Assembly: GCA_964016885.1 (NCBI GenBank)
Contig: OZ024741.1
Coordinates: 21,328,001-21,392,000 of the forward strand
DNA from: Eledone cirrhosa
Taxonomy: Eukaryota
Direction: 5' to 3'
DNA: 64,000 bases
Part shown: in pieces, positions 51,945 to 63,241 of the stretch
How positions within the stretch are numbered: the first letter of the stretch is position 1
Layout of the letters: each line of letters opens with the position of its first letter
The notes under the pieces: model-generated
Database searches by the model: none
What the model saw: the letters and a program-made list of their open reading frames with translations, nothing else
Told to the model about the DNA's origin: nothing
Made by a program: the position numbers and the translations under genes

Positions 51945-52260
51945 GTAGAAAGAGAAAAAGGAGAGAAAGAGGAGAGAGTAGGAGACAGAGAGAGAGGAGG
52001 AGAGGGAGAGAGGGAAGAGGAGTGAGAGGGAGAGGGAAGACAGGAGAAGAGAGAAGGAGAGAGGAGGGAAGGGAAGAGAAAAGAAAAGAGAGAGGAAAGA
52101 GAGGGTATGAGAGAGAGAGAGAAACAAATATAGAAATTCTTGAGAGGGAGAGAGGGAGAGGAAAGACAGGAGGAGAAGCGAGAAGGGGAGAGAGAGAAGA
52201 AAAGAGAGGGGAAAGAAAGGGGGCCATGAGAAAGAGAAACAAATATAGAAATTCTTATAG
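51945..52260 (+). repeat. GA-rich polypurine tract
   Basis: Almost entirely A/G; AGAGAAACAAATATAGAAATTCTT occurs twice. Confidence 0.9.
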
Positions 52261-52269
52261 ATAACTTAC

Positions 52270-52398
52270 ACATAAAATCCATCCGATTCTTCAATTGCTT
52301 TGTATACGGCTTCTGATTTAATTTTACATCTGTCATACACAACTTCCAAACCACCTTCATCCTTCAGCTTCTTCAATACAACGCCCAAAACATAGATA
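52270..52398 (-). CDS. PSAT1: Phosphoserine aminotransferase exon (129 nt)
   Basis: (S)IYVLGVVLKKLKDEGGLEVVYDRCKIKSEAVYKAIEESDGFY(V); TAG acceptor, GTAAGT donor. Confidence 0.95.
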
Positions 52399-52400
52399 CT

Positions 52401-52960
52401 ATAGAATATAATATATAGAGAGAGAAGGGGGTTATAATATAGAGAGAGGGGGTTATAATATAGAGAGAGGGGGTTTATAATATATATAGAGAGGGGGTTA
52501 TAATATAGAGAAAGGGATGGGTTATAATATATAGAGAAGGGGGTGTTAATATAGAGAGAGAAGGGGGGTTATAATATAGAGAGAGAGGGTGTTATAATAT
52601 ATAGAGAGAAGGGGGTTATAATATAGAGAGAGAAGGGGGTTATCATATAGAGAAAGGAGGGTTAAATATATATATATAGAGAGAGGGGGTTAAATATATA
52701 TATAGAGAGAGAGGGGGTTATAATATATAGAGAGAAGGGGGCTATAATATAGAGAGAGGGGGTTATAATATAGAGAAAGGGATGGGTTATAATATATAGA
52801 GAGAGGGGGTTATAATATAGAGAAAAGAGGGTTAAAATATATATAGAGAGAGAGGGGGTGTTATAATATATAGAGAGGGTGGTTTTAATATATAGAGAAG
52901 GGATCAGTTTATATATATATATATAGAGGGGGGGTTAATATATTTAGAGAGGGGATTATC
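52401..52960 (+). repeat. Degenerate ~22-27-bp minisatellite (TATAGAGAGAAGGGGGTTATAA)n
   Basis: Directly visible; abuts the PSAT1 acceptor at 52399-52400. Confidence 0.9.
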
Positions 52961-53099
52961 CGTGAATTTTTTCACTGGTCCAGCTAGTAATTAATAATTT
53001 TAGTAAATCCCTCCCAAATTCTTCATTAATTAATTTTAACAGTGTATTTCATTAGAAATGTGGTCTTGAAAGGGTTAAACAAATAGTATTTGATCATTT

Positions 53100-53695
53100 G
53101 GAATTCGCATCATCAGTCTGGAACCCCTATCTTGCTCAGAACATTGACCTCCTGGAAACTGTTCTGAGACATGCAACCAAGCGCATACCCTCCATCAGAT
53201 ACCTACCTTAGTCTGAACGCCTTGCTTCCCTGGGCATGGATACATTGAAGTTCCGACGTCTGGCAACTGACTTGGTAAACACCCACAAAGTTATTAACCA
53301 TCTCGCCAACAACAACCCTGAGCACCTTTTTGATCTCCATGTGTCTAACACACGTGGACATGCCTACAAAATCAGAAAACAGGACAGCTCCCATGACTTT
53401 TAGAAACATTTTTTCACGCTCAGAGTTGCTGAAGCATGGAACAAACTGCCTGCGTCAGTTATTAGCTGTCGAGACACTGCATCCTTTAAAACCCTCATGA
53501 TTCCCGAAATTCGCCAAAACTACACCTGATGTACCTCTTCCATACAAATGCACATAAGTGTATATCATGACTCATGCACTGTTCATTTTTCTGACGTTTG
53601 TACATTACCCTATGTACTATACATACACTTTTTGATGAGTTGTAGTGCACCTGAGCACTGTACACAATATTTCATTATTATTATTATTATTATTA
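53100..53695 (+). mobile_element. CR1-group LINE 3' fragment
   Basis: EFASSVWNPYLAQNID..FFTLRVAEAWNKLP with an (ATT)n tail; same family as 41694-42750. Confidence 0.9.
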
Positions 53696-53762
53696 TAGAA
53701 ACAGGGTTAGTTTGGCATGAAAAGGGTTAATAAAATGAACACAACAAAGAAATAAGAATTAC

Positions 53763-53932
53763 CTGAAAACTGGTGGTGTATTCAAACAGGAGTTATTGTT
53801 ACTCATTGTCTTGTACTCAATAACAGACGGACATAATGGTGAAGCTACATTGATAAGGTCATTACGTACAATGACTAGAGTAACACCAGCACAACCAAGA
53901 TTTTTCTGGGCTCCAGCATATATTACACCAAA
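53763..53932 (-). CDS. PSAT1: Phosphoserine aminotransferase exon (170 nt) with the PLP-binding lysine
   Basis: FGVIYAGAQKNLGCAGVTLVIVRNDLINVASPLCPSVIEYKTMSNNNSCLNTPPVF(S); AGAQKN and NTPP motifs; CAG acceptor, GTAATT donor. Confidence 0.97.
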
Positions 53933-54236
53933 CTGAATGGAAGAGTAAGAAATATAATTAGATATGGTCTATGCTATCATCATCATCGTTGTTAAGATGC
54001 TTATGTGGGTTAGACAGGTCCTTGTCAGCATGGCATCTCTCCACACATCACAATCTTTTGTCATCGTCTCTGTGAGTCTCAATGAGTTAAGATCACAACC
54101 TCTGTCCAGGTCTTTCTTGCTCTACCTCTACCTCATATATATTTATAAAAATATTTAGTTAATTACAACAGCTGAAGGCCAGACTGAAAATATCCCTTTA
54201 ATGTTGCAAAAAACACTATATATATTTCAATGGCTT

Positions 54237-54350
54237 GGTTACCTAACCCTAACCCTGGTGATGGTTACCTAACACCCTGGTGATGGTTACCTAACACCCT
54301 GGTGATGGTTACCTAACACCCTGGTGATGGTTACCTAACACCCTGGTGAC
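54237..54350 (+). repeat. 22-bp minisatellite, ~5 copies
   Basis: Unit GGTTACCTAACACCCTGGTGAT. Confidence 0.9.
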
Positions 54351-54395
54351 ATCAGGTGTGAATTCCATAATTAGTTAATCAATAAAGGAATTACA

Positions 54396-56398
54396 GTGTT
54401 TGTGTGTGTGTGTGTGTGTGTGAGAGAGTGTGTGCGTGTGTGTGTGTCTGTGAGTGTATGTGTGTGTGTGAGTGAGTACGTGCGTGCGTGTGAGTGAGTG
54501 TGTGTGTGAGTGACTGTGTGTGAGTGAGTGATAGAGATGATGGTGGTGGTGGTGATAGAGATGGTGGTGGTGGTGGTAGTGATGGTGGTGGTGGTGGTAG
54601 TGATGGTGGTGGTGGTGGTGGTGGTGGTAGTGGTGGTGGTGGTGGTAGAGATGGTAGTGGTGGTGGTGGTGATAGAGATGATGGTGGTGGTGGTGGTAGA
54701 GATGGTGGTGGTGATAGAGATGATGGTGGTGGTGATAGAGATGGTGGTGGTGGTGGTGGTGATAGAGATGGTGGTGGTGGTGGTGATAGAGATGATGGTG
54801 GTGGTGGTGGTAGAGATGGTGGTGGTGGTGGTGATAGAGATGGTAGTGGTGGTGGTGGTGGTAGAGATGGTGGTGGTGGTGATAGAGATGATGGTGGTGG
54901 TGGTGGTGATAGAGATGGTGGTGGTGGTGGTGATAGAGATAGTGGTGGTGGTGGTGGTGATAGAGATGGTGGTGGTGGTGGTGATAGAGATGATGGTGGT
55001 GGTGGTGGTGATAGAGATGATGGTGGTGGTGGTGGTAGTAGAGATGATGATGGTGGTGGTGATAGAGATGATGGTGGTGGTGGTGGTAGAGATGGTGATG
55101 GTGGTGGTGGTAGAGATGGTGGTGGTGATGGTGGTAGAGATGGTGGTGGTGGTGGTGATAGAGATGATGGTGGTGGTGGTGATAGAGATGATGGTGGTGG
55201 TGGTGGTAGAGATGGTGATGGTGGTGGTGGTGGTAGGGATGGTAGTGGTGGTAGAGATGGTGGTGGTGGTGGTGATAGAGATGATGGTGGTGGTGGTGGT
55301 AGAGATGGTGGTGGTGGTGGTGGTGGTAGAGATGGTGGTGGTGGTGGTGATAGAGATGATTGTGGTGGTGGTGATAGAGATGGTGGTGGTGGTGGTGGTG
55401 GTGGTAGAGATGGTGGTGGTGGTGGTGGTGGTGGTAGAGATGGTGGTGGTGGTGGTGATAGAGATGATGGTGGTGGTGGTGGTGGTAGAGATGGTGGTGG
55501 TGGTGGTAGAGATGGTGGTGGTGGTGGTGATAGAGATGATGGTGGTGGTGGTGATAGAGATGGTGGTGGTGGTGGTGGTGGTGGTAGAGATGGTGGTGGT
55601 GGTGGTGGTAGAGATGGTGGTGGTGATGGTGATAGAGATGGTGGTGGTGGTGATAGAGATGATGGTGGTGGTGGTGATAGAGATGATGGTGGTGGTGGTG
55701 GTGGTGGTGGTAGGGATGGTAGTGGTGGTGGTGATAGAGATGATGGTGGTGGTGGTGGTAGAGATGGTGGTGGTGGTGGTGGTGGTAGGGATGGTAGTGG
55801 TGGTGGTGGTGGTGATAGAGATGATGGTGGTGGTGGTAGAGATGATGGTGGTGGTGGTGATAGAGATGATGGTGGTGGTAGTGGTAGAGATGGTGGTGGT
55901 GGTGATAGAGATGATGGTGGTGGTAGTGGTAGAGATGGTGGTGGTGGTGGTGGTAGAGATGGTGGTGGTGGTAGAGATGATGGTGGTGGTAGTGGTAGAG
56001 ATGATGGTGGTGGTGGTGGTAGAGATGGTGGTGGTGGTAGAGATGATGGTGGTGGTGGTGGTAGAGATGATGGTGGTGGTGGTGGTAGAGATGGTGGTGG
56101 TGGTAGAGATGATGGTGGTGGTGGTGGTAGAGATGATGGTGGTGGTGATAGAGATGATGGTAGTGGTGGTGATAGAGATGATGGTAGTGGTGGTGATAGA
56201 GATGATGGTGGTGGTGATAGAGATGATGGTAGTGGTGATAGAGATGATGGTGGTGGTGGTGATAGAGATGATGGTAGTGGTTGTAGAGATGATGATAGTG
56301 ATAATGGTGATAGAGATGATGATGATGATGGTAATAATGATAGTGATAGTAGTGATAATAGTGGTAAAGATGATGATGATAGAAACGATAATGATGAT
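54396..56398 (+). repeat. (TG)n tract followed by a ~1.9-kb compound (GGT)n/GATAGAGAT trinucleotide-phase repeat
   Basis: Directly visible; it accounts for the four long low-complexity ORFs in the track. Confidence 0.97.
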
Positions 56399-56402
56399 TA
56401 AC

Positions 56403-56497
56403 CTGAGAAACATCAAAGGGTCTTGACATAATATTTGAGGACATATCACACACCAACGGTACACCTTTTGTATCAGGGACTTCTTTAAATTCAACAC
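56403..56497 (-). CDS. PSAT1: Phosphoserine aminotransferase exon (95 nt)
   Basis: (G)VEFKEVPDTKGVPLVCDMSSNIMSRPFDVSQ; DMSS motif; TAG acceptor, donor CAG|GTTAAT. Confidence 0.95.
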
Positions 56498-56557
56498 CTA
56501 TGACAACAAAAGAAAATTGACAAAATTTGTTAACAATTTCTTCAACATTATTAACAA

Positions 56558-56745
56558 GGCGGTGGTTTGGCAGTATCAGTAGCAGGTCAGACACCATGCT
56601 TTGCAGCAAAGAGTTAGGGTCCTTTATGGCCTGAGTTTAAATCCCGCTGAGGTTAACTTCATCCTTACGGGGTCGATAAAATAAAGTACCAGTAATACAC
56701 TGGGATAATTGCTGGCCTTGTGCCAAAAGTAGAAACAATTATTAT
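56558..56745 (+). mobile_element. tRNA-derived SINE
   Basis: AGGCGGTGGTTTGGCAG head, GAGTTTAAATCCC B-box-like motif, GGGTCGATAAAATAAAGTACCAG body. Confidence 0.8.
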
Positions 56746-56749
56746 CATT

Positions 56750-56968
56750 TGTAAAGTGATCGTGTAGGTGTCACAACAAAAAGCATCCAGCACACACTGT
56801 CAATGTGGTTGGCGTTAGGAAGGGCATCCAGCCGTAGAAAACCAGCCAGAAACTCTCCTATATGAGCGAAACATGGTCACCCAACCCAAATTGCCTCTAA
56901 ATGGGACAAATCCGTCTAACCCATGCTGGCATGGAAGATAGACATTAATCGACGATGATGATGATGAC
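56750..56968 (+). mobile_element. RTE-tailed non-autonomous repeat
   Basis: GTGGTTGGCGTTAGGAAGGGCATCCAGCCGTAGAAAAC..TCTAACCCATGCTGGCATGG..(GAT)n. Confidence 0.75.
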
Positions 56969-56969
56969 A

Positions 56970-57190
56970 GTAGATTGGCAGTATTGGTAGAGTGTCAGAC
57001 AACATGCTTTGTCACACAGAATTGCGTCCCTTTTTGTTCTCAGTTCAAATCCCACCGAGGTTAACTTTGCCTTTCATCCTTACGGGGTCATTAGAATAAA
57101 GCACCAGTAATGCACCGGGGTCAATTTAACCAACTATCCCCTCCACTAAAATTGTTGGTCTTGTGCTTAAATCAGAAACCATTATTATTA
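56970..57190 (+). mobile_element. tRNA-derived SINE
   Basis: TTGGCAGTATTGGTAG head, CAGTTCAAATCCC, GCCTTTCATCCTTACGGGGTC body. Confidence 0.8.
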
Positions 57191-57411
57191 ACCATTTCAT
57201 TAGTGCATTTTTAATGAAATATAGAAAGTTAAATGAACAGCTTGAATATAAAACAATTAAAAAAAAAAAAACTGCCAGTTGCTAGACATTATTGACAAAA
57301 GTACATATTCTCTATTATCAGAAGTCATACATTAGTTTAGACATCTCTAATCATCTCTGTTTACATATCAAAAGCTCATTCTTTTGTAATAGAAAATTTT
57401 CTTCTTCTATA

Positions 57412-57627
57412 CAAGAGGGTGCTGAAAGGTTCGTGGCTTTGGGTAAAAGAAAATACAGGAGGATCAGTTAATAATGATTTTATTAAACATATTCGCTTCT
57501 CAGATTCACCCACTTATTGCAGTGGTCCTTCAGTTTTTCTAAGCCCTGTTAAAAGAACTCAGAAGGTTGAGCCTTCAACCCGGTCTCTGTATACCCTTAA
57601 AGTCAGGAATTTTTCAGCACCCTCTCA
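57412..57627. mobile_element. Mariner/Tc1-type MITE (216 bp)
   Basis: ~29-bp imperfect TIRs CAAGAGGGTGCTGAAAGGTTCGTGGCTTT / AAAGTCAGGAATTTTTCAGCACCCTCTCA, with TA on both sides. Confidence 0.85.
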
Positions 57628-58232
57628 TACATCCATTACCAGTGCCATGACAAACTTTGTCCTCCAGCTCACCCTGTCTAGCATTGCTGTCTGAATTTCC
57701 CCTGCTTACAAGCAAGTGTCATCTTCAAGAATATCCTTCAGCATAGGCGTTGGTCTCCCGACTCGTCTGCACAAGAATGATGCAATAAAAAATCACTCAA
57801 ATAACTATATATATATCTGTCCTTTCCATACAACTCCAACGCCATACCCTCCACCCTCACCTGATAAGTGCCCCACCCTAGATCTACCTCCCCAATCCCC
57901 ATGCACCTCTCCCACCCCAGCCCATACTGTGAAGTGGTTGTGTAGGTGTCATGAGAAAAAGCACCCCGCTCGCTCTGTGAAGTGGTCATATAGGTGTCAC
58001 AACAAAAAGCTCCCAGTCCACAGTCCACACTAGCCAAAATCGATCCAGTATGAGCTGGAAATGTTTATCTGTTCTGGCTTGGCTCACATCTGGACAACTC
58101 ATCTAACCCATGCTAGTGTGCAAAAATGGATGTTAAACAGTGATGATGATCTGCATACACACACACATATATACATTGTCATCATCATTTTACACCTGCT
58201 TTTCCTTATATATGTTTGTGTGAGTACATTAA

Positions 58233-58453
58233 CCCTTTAGCATTTAAACCAGCCACATCCGGCCAGAATTCTCTCCCCTTTTTCTGTTCAAACTGGCTGT
58301 AACTGGCCACTCATACTTATGTTAAGGTATTGTTCTCAAAATAAATAACATCAAAATCTCATACATTCCATATTATATGAGATAATTATGTAAGATAAAG
58401 CCTTTACCACAAAAATACAATAGTATATATAGAGTAATCTAAATGCTAAAGGG
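58233..58453. mobile_element. piggyBac-type MITE (221 bp)
   Basis: TTAA on both sides; TIRs CCCTTTAGCATTTA / TAAATGCTAAAGGG; second copy at 60559-60779. Confidence 0.85.
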
Positions 58454-58528
58454 TTAAGCAATCTGGTGTTTGATTGTTTTTCTACAACACCATTAAGATA
58501 AAGAATCCAATCCTGTTATAAAACTTAC

Positions 58529-58606
58529 CATCTATAGTTTCATTGTCACAATAATAAACATATGAAGCATCTTCATTTAAGTTCCAAGATTCAGAAGAAG
58601 GTATGG
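58529..58606 (-). CDS. PSAT1: Phosphoserine aminotransferase exon (78 nt)
   Basis: (S)[25 protein letters not shown](G); NET motif; CAG acceptor, GTAAGT donor. Confidence 0.95.
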
Positions 58607-58831
58607 CTGGAGAAAGTAAAAACAAAACAATAATTAACCCTTTTGTTACCATATTTCTAATGAAAGACCAATGGGTTTCAATTAATTTTTAAAATTATAA
58701 AAAAATTCAAAGGTATTTAGTAAAATAACTAACTTTTTCATTAGTAGTTGATGTTTAGAACATAATGTTCTAGCATAAAATTATGATATTAATATGAACA
58801 CTTTAAAACATGTAGTTTTTGTATCATAAAA

Positions 58832-59192
58832 GTCCCCAGCCCACACTGTAAAGTGGTCATGTAGGTGTCACAACAGAAAGCACCCAGTTCACACTGTAAA
58901 GTGGTCATGTAGGTGTCACAACAAAACACACCCAGTCCACACTGTAAAGTGGTCATGTAGGTGTCACAACAAAACACACCCAGTCCACACTGTAAAGTGG
59001 TCATGTAGGTGTCACAATAAAAAGCACCCAGTCCACACTGTAAATGTAGTTGGTGTTAGGAAGGGCATCCAGCTATAGAAATCAAGCCAAAATCCATCTT
59101 GGTCATCTGACCTGGCTTGTCTCACAACAGGGCAACTCATCTAACCCATGCTAGCATGGAAAATGAACATTAAGCTATAATGATGATGATGA
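58832..59192 (+). mobile_element. RTE-tailed repeat with an internal 48-bp tandem array (~4.5 copies)
   Basis: Unit CACCCAGTCCACACTGTAAAGTGGTCATGTAGGTGTCACAACAAAACA to ~59045, then GTTGGTGTTAGGAAGGGCATCCAGC..ACCCATGCTAGCATGG..(GAT)n. Confidence 0.85.
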
Positions 59193-59639
59193 TGAAAACC
59201 AGCAGTTTCATTTGGGTTTGTAACAAAAAGGTTAATAGTTTTATGATATAATGGGTTGTATATATATTTGTGTTTATATGTGTATGTGTATATATATTTG
59301 TGTATATGTGTATATGTATGTCACTCTCCTTTTTACTGTCCATCATCATCATCGTCGTTTTTACCTCCACTTTTCCACGCTTGCATGGGTTGGACCGAAA
59401 CTAGGGGAAATCATATTGGTCAAGCTTTTCATAATTTTGAGTGGGTTTTACTGGCTGGATGTCCTTCCTATTACCAACCACTTTACAACATGGACTGGGT
59501 GCATTGTGCGTGCCGCCAGCACTGGAGAGGGTGTCTTACCAGACTTAACAGACCTCTCCACCCTGCTGAGGGTGCTTCACTGGTTGAAACTTTATCTTTA
59601 AGTATATGACACATGGCATTATTAAAACCCGTCATGGCA

Positions 59640-59990
59640 TAGAGTTACGACCCTTTATGTTCTGAGTTCAAATCCCACCTAGGTTAGCTTTGCGTTTCAT
59701 CTTTGTGGGGGTGGGGGTGGGGGAGTCAATAAATAAAGCACTGTGGGTCGATTTAATCGACTTTCCCCTCCCCTTCAAATTACTAGCCTTGTGCCTATAG
59801 TAGAAACCAGGCTGTATCGGTAGACGGTCGGACGCCATTCTTTGATGAATAGAGTTACGGCCCTTTCTATTCTGAGTTCAAATCCCGCTGAGGTTAAATT
59901 TGCCTTTCATCCTTGCAGGGTCGATAAAATAAAGTACCAGTAATGCACTGGGTAATTACTGGCCTTGTGCCAAAAGTAGAAACCATTATT
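59640..59990 (+). mobile_element. Two tandem SINE copies
   Basis: AGAGTTACG..TTCTGAGTTCAAATCCC..TTTGCSTTTCATC body occurs twice (~59641 and ~59851). Confidence 0.8.
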
Positions 59991-60558
59991 AAAACCCTGT
60001 ATATATTTCAACACTTTGATCTGTCTGTGGGGTAGATCCAGAGATGGTGTTCACTAACAACTTTTCAATTACTAGTTTCACCCTCATCAATAGTTCACAT
60101 TCTAATCATATTCACCACAATGTCTACAAGTTCCTCGCAAACACCATACACTCCTTCTGGACACCCTTACCACACAAACCTGTCCTTCTGTACCATTCTC
60201 ACACCACTTCCCTTCCATCTTGTCTTCTGAACACAACATATATCCACCATTCTTCTATTTAGTACCACTCTGTCATCATCCCTATATTCCATGACCCAAA
60301 CCTCATATATTGATGTCCACAAGGAAAACCAAGCAATTGGTCATCAAAAATGAACAAAACTCTTCAGTTGTTTTAACTAGGGTCCCCATCTTCAGAAAGT
60401 GGGGACTCCCATAAGGTACTTTGGGCTCTATTCTGCCCATATCTTATTATACTCATCACCAGGTCCTTATTCAAACATTATTTTATGACTGGATGCCCTT
60501 CCTGATGCCAACTATTTTAGTCACCTCTTACTGCAATAATACGGTGTACCTATTTTAA

Positions 60559-60779
60559 CCCTTTAGCATTTAAACTGGCTGTATCCAGCCAGAATTCTCT
60601 CACCTCTTACTGTTCAAACCGGCCATAACAGACCCTTCATATCAACTTTAAGGTATTGTTCTCAAAATAAATAATATCAAAATCTCATAGATTTAATATT
60701 ATGTGAGATGATTACGTGAGGTAAAGTTTTTACCATGAGAAGACAATAGTAAATATAGAGTAATGTAAATACTAAAGGG
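60559..60779. mobile_element. piggyBac-type MITE (221 bp)
   Basis: TTAA flanks, TIRs CCCTTTAGCATTTA / TAAATACTAAAGGG; homologous to 58233-58453. Confidence 0.85.
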
Positions 60780-60889
60780 TTAAACTAATTATTCATTGTT
60801 GACAAGTATGCATAATACACAAATTTTTCTGATTTGTTTTGTGTATAATACAAGTATGTATTAAACACAAAGTTAATCAGAAAACTTAC

Positions 60890-61095
60890 AGCCATAGCTT
60901 TCCATATTTGGTAAAACCTTGTTAACTGTTCCAAACTTTGAAGCCTCTTTAGCTGCCTTTTCTGACCATTTTCCAGTGACAAAGTAATCTGCACACTTTT
61001 TAGGGTTCAGTTCCATCAGATTTAAAGCAATTGCAGCAGTTTGTCCGGTGCCACCAGCTGGCAGAAATAATATATTATAATTTTCTGGAATATTC
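60890..61095 (-). CDS. PSAT1: Phosphoserine aminotransferase exon (206 nt)
   Basis: [68 protein letters not shown]; TGxWS motif; CAG acceptor, GTAAGT donor. Confidence 0.96.
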
Positions 61096-61394
61096 CTGAA
61101 AAGAAAAATTCAACAATTAATTCTTTTTAACCTTCTGAAATGATAATATAAGTCATTCCTAACTCTGTTATGACCATATTTCTTGTGAAATACACAGTAC
61201 TACAATTAATGAAGAATTTTTCAGATATTTTCCACACACTTATTAAATTTTGCTAATCTATCCCCAGTGAAATTTTATTTTAAGTGATAGCATTCCTGCA
61301 ACAATTAATTTTCTTTATACATTAAACAACATTATACATGATAAAAAAATATACATTACTAGAAATCCCATACGTTATAAAAGATGGGTCTCAA

Positions 61395-61625
61395 TCATCA
61401 TCATCATCATTTTACGTCCGCTTTTCCCTGCTTGCAAGGGTGGGACGGGAACTGATTCTGGCTTGATTTCTACAGCTGGATGCCCTTCCTAACACCAACC
61501 TCATTTACAGTGAGTGCTGGGTGCTTTTTTTCTGTGGCACTTACACGTCCACTATACAGTGTGGGCTGGGTGCTTTTTTGCCGTGGCACCTCCACGACCA
61601 CTTTGCAGTGGAATGATAGGTACCC
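61395..61625 (-). mobile_element. RTE-tailed SINE 3' part
   Basis: Near-identical reverse complement of ~49160-49385. Confidence 0.85.
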
Positions 61626-62289
61626 CAGTATGGTTTTTTTTTTTAAATCAATGGACACAACCTAGCAAAATGACCAAATTTCCAACCAGCACCATTTATT
61701 CCAGCCTCCCCTCTTATTCCAACACCTCCACTTATTCCACCACCAGCCTTATTATTTGGGACCCAAGAGTAGTCAATTAAATCTATCCACAATACAAGAT
61801 TTATGTCACTGACCCTGAAAGTAAGAAAAGCAAAATTGAAGTGGGCGACGGAGAAAATATTCATTTATCTCCATATCCGATTGATCAATGGAAACAACCT
61901 AGAAAAATTACCAAAGAGAGGAAAATATACCTTAAATCATTTAATGACTTGTACCACATTAGCAAGATGTTCTTGAACAGTACAAAATAGCACTATGACT
62001 GCATCACACTAAAAAAATTGAAGTATTTTCTCTAACACAACAAATTTTCACATCAATCTGTTCAGCAGTGAAGATACTATAAACATTTGAGCAAGACAAG
62101 GTCAGCCGACTGGACACTGCCCACAACAGGACAACCCATCTAACCCATGCTAGAGTGGAAGAAAAGACGTAAAATCGTGATGATAATGATGATGATGATT
62201 TGAAATAACAAATCGACTTTTAGATATTTTCTGCTAAATCATTCTAGGATGTTAAGAGTGAACAAAAATTAAAAAAATTAAAAAATTAC

Positions 62290-62359
62290 AAAAGGTCCTT
62301 CAAGTCTTGCTTTGTTTTCTGGATAATACTCTGGAACATTTCACTTCGGTGGCTTAATT
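62290..62359 (-). CDS. PSAT1: Phosphoserine aminotransferase exon (70 nt)
   Basis: (E)LSHRSEMFQSIIQKTKQDLKDL(L); SHRS motif; CAG acceptor, GTAATT donor. Confidence 0.95.
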
Positions 62360-62469
62360 CTGATAGGAATCAAAATAATGGCAAGAATTAATGAAAAATA
62401 AAATAACAAAACAAATAATATAAATTACCATATTTTTAATGACATACTTTGTAGTTTAATTAATTAATG

Positions 62470-63035
62470 ATAAAATGCTTCCAGTACATGCTGTAAGATG
62501 GTAGTGCTGGTGACATGACAAAATGTACCCCATCTACACTGTAAGGTGGTAGTGCTGGTGACATGACAAAATGTACCCCATCTACACTGTAAGGTGGTAG
62601 TGCTGGTGACATGACAAAATGTACCCCATCTACACTGTAAGGTGGTAGTGCTGGTGACATGACAAAATATACCCTATCTACACTGTAAGGTGGTAGTGCT
62701 GGTGACATGACAAAATGTACCCCATCTACACTGTTAGGTGGTAGTGCTGGTGACATGACAAAATATACCCCATCTACACTGTAAGGTGGTAGTGCTGGTG
62801 ACATGACAAAATGTACCCCATCTACACTGTAAGGTGGTAGTGCTGGTGACATGACAAAATGTACCCCATCTACTCTCCAAGGTGGTAGTGCTGGTGACAT
62901 GATAAAATACTCCCAGTACATGTTATTAAGTGGTAGTGCTGGTGACATGATAAAATACTCCCAGTACATGTTATTAAGTGGTAGTGCTGGTGACATGATA
63001 AAATACTCCCAGTACATGCTGTAAAATGGTTGGCA
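62470..63035 (+). repeat. 48-bp minisatellite, ~11-12 copies in two sub-types
   Basis: Unit GGTAGTGCTGGTGACATGACAAAATGTACCCCATCTACACTGTAAGGT, switching near 62890 to ..GATAAAATACTCCCAGTACATGTTATTAAGT. Confidence 0.95.
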
Positions 63036-63059
63036 TTAGGAATGGTATTCAGTCATAGA

Positions 63060-63205
63060 ATGGTGATGATGGTGGTGATGATAATGATGATGACGGTGCT
63101 GATGATAATGGTGGTGAGATGGTGGTGGTGGTGATGATGATGGTGTTGATGATGGTGTTGATGGTGGTGTTGATGTTGGTGTTGATGATGATGATGATGA
63201 TGATT
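63060..63205 (+). repeat. (GAT/GGT)n microsatellite
   Basis: Directly visible. Confidence 0.9.
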
Positions 63206-63241
63206 TAAAAAGAGTAAAACAAAAGTAATTGTCCAACTCAC

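Noticed and set aside
51857-52360. Ser/Leu/Pro-rich and Arg/Glu-rich ORFs
   Set aside because: Translations of a GA-rich tract; the real exon (52270-52398) is in a different frame.
54242-54256. Telomeric (CCCTAA)n seed
   Set aside because: Only about two units, embedded in a 22-bp minisatellite; too short to call an interstitial telomere.
54371-56497. Mucin-like poly-Thr, Gly/Asp-rich and poly-Val ORFs
   Set aside because: Four frames are open simply because of the (GGT)n/(GAT)n repeat. Only the frame contiguous with the PSAT1 exon was kept, as a low-confidence finding.
62460-63017. 185-aa repeat ORF on the PSAT1 strand
   Set aside because: It is the 48-bp minisatellite; the flanking exons (63242 and 62359) join in phase without it.
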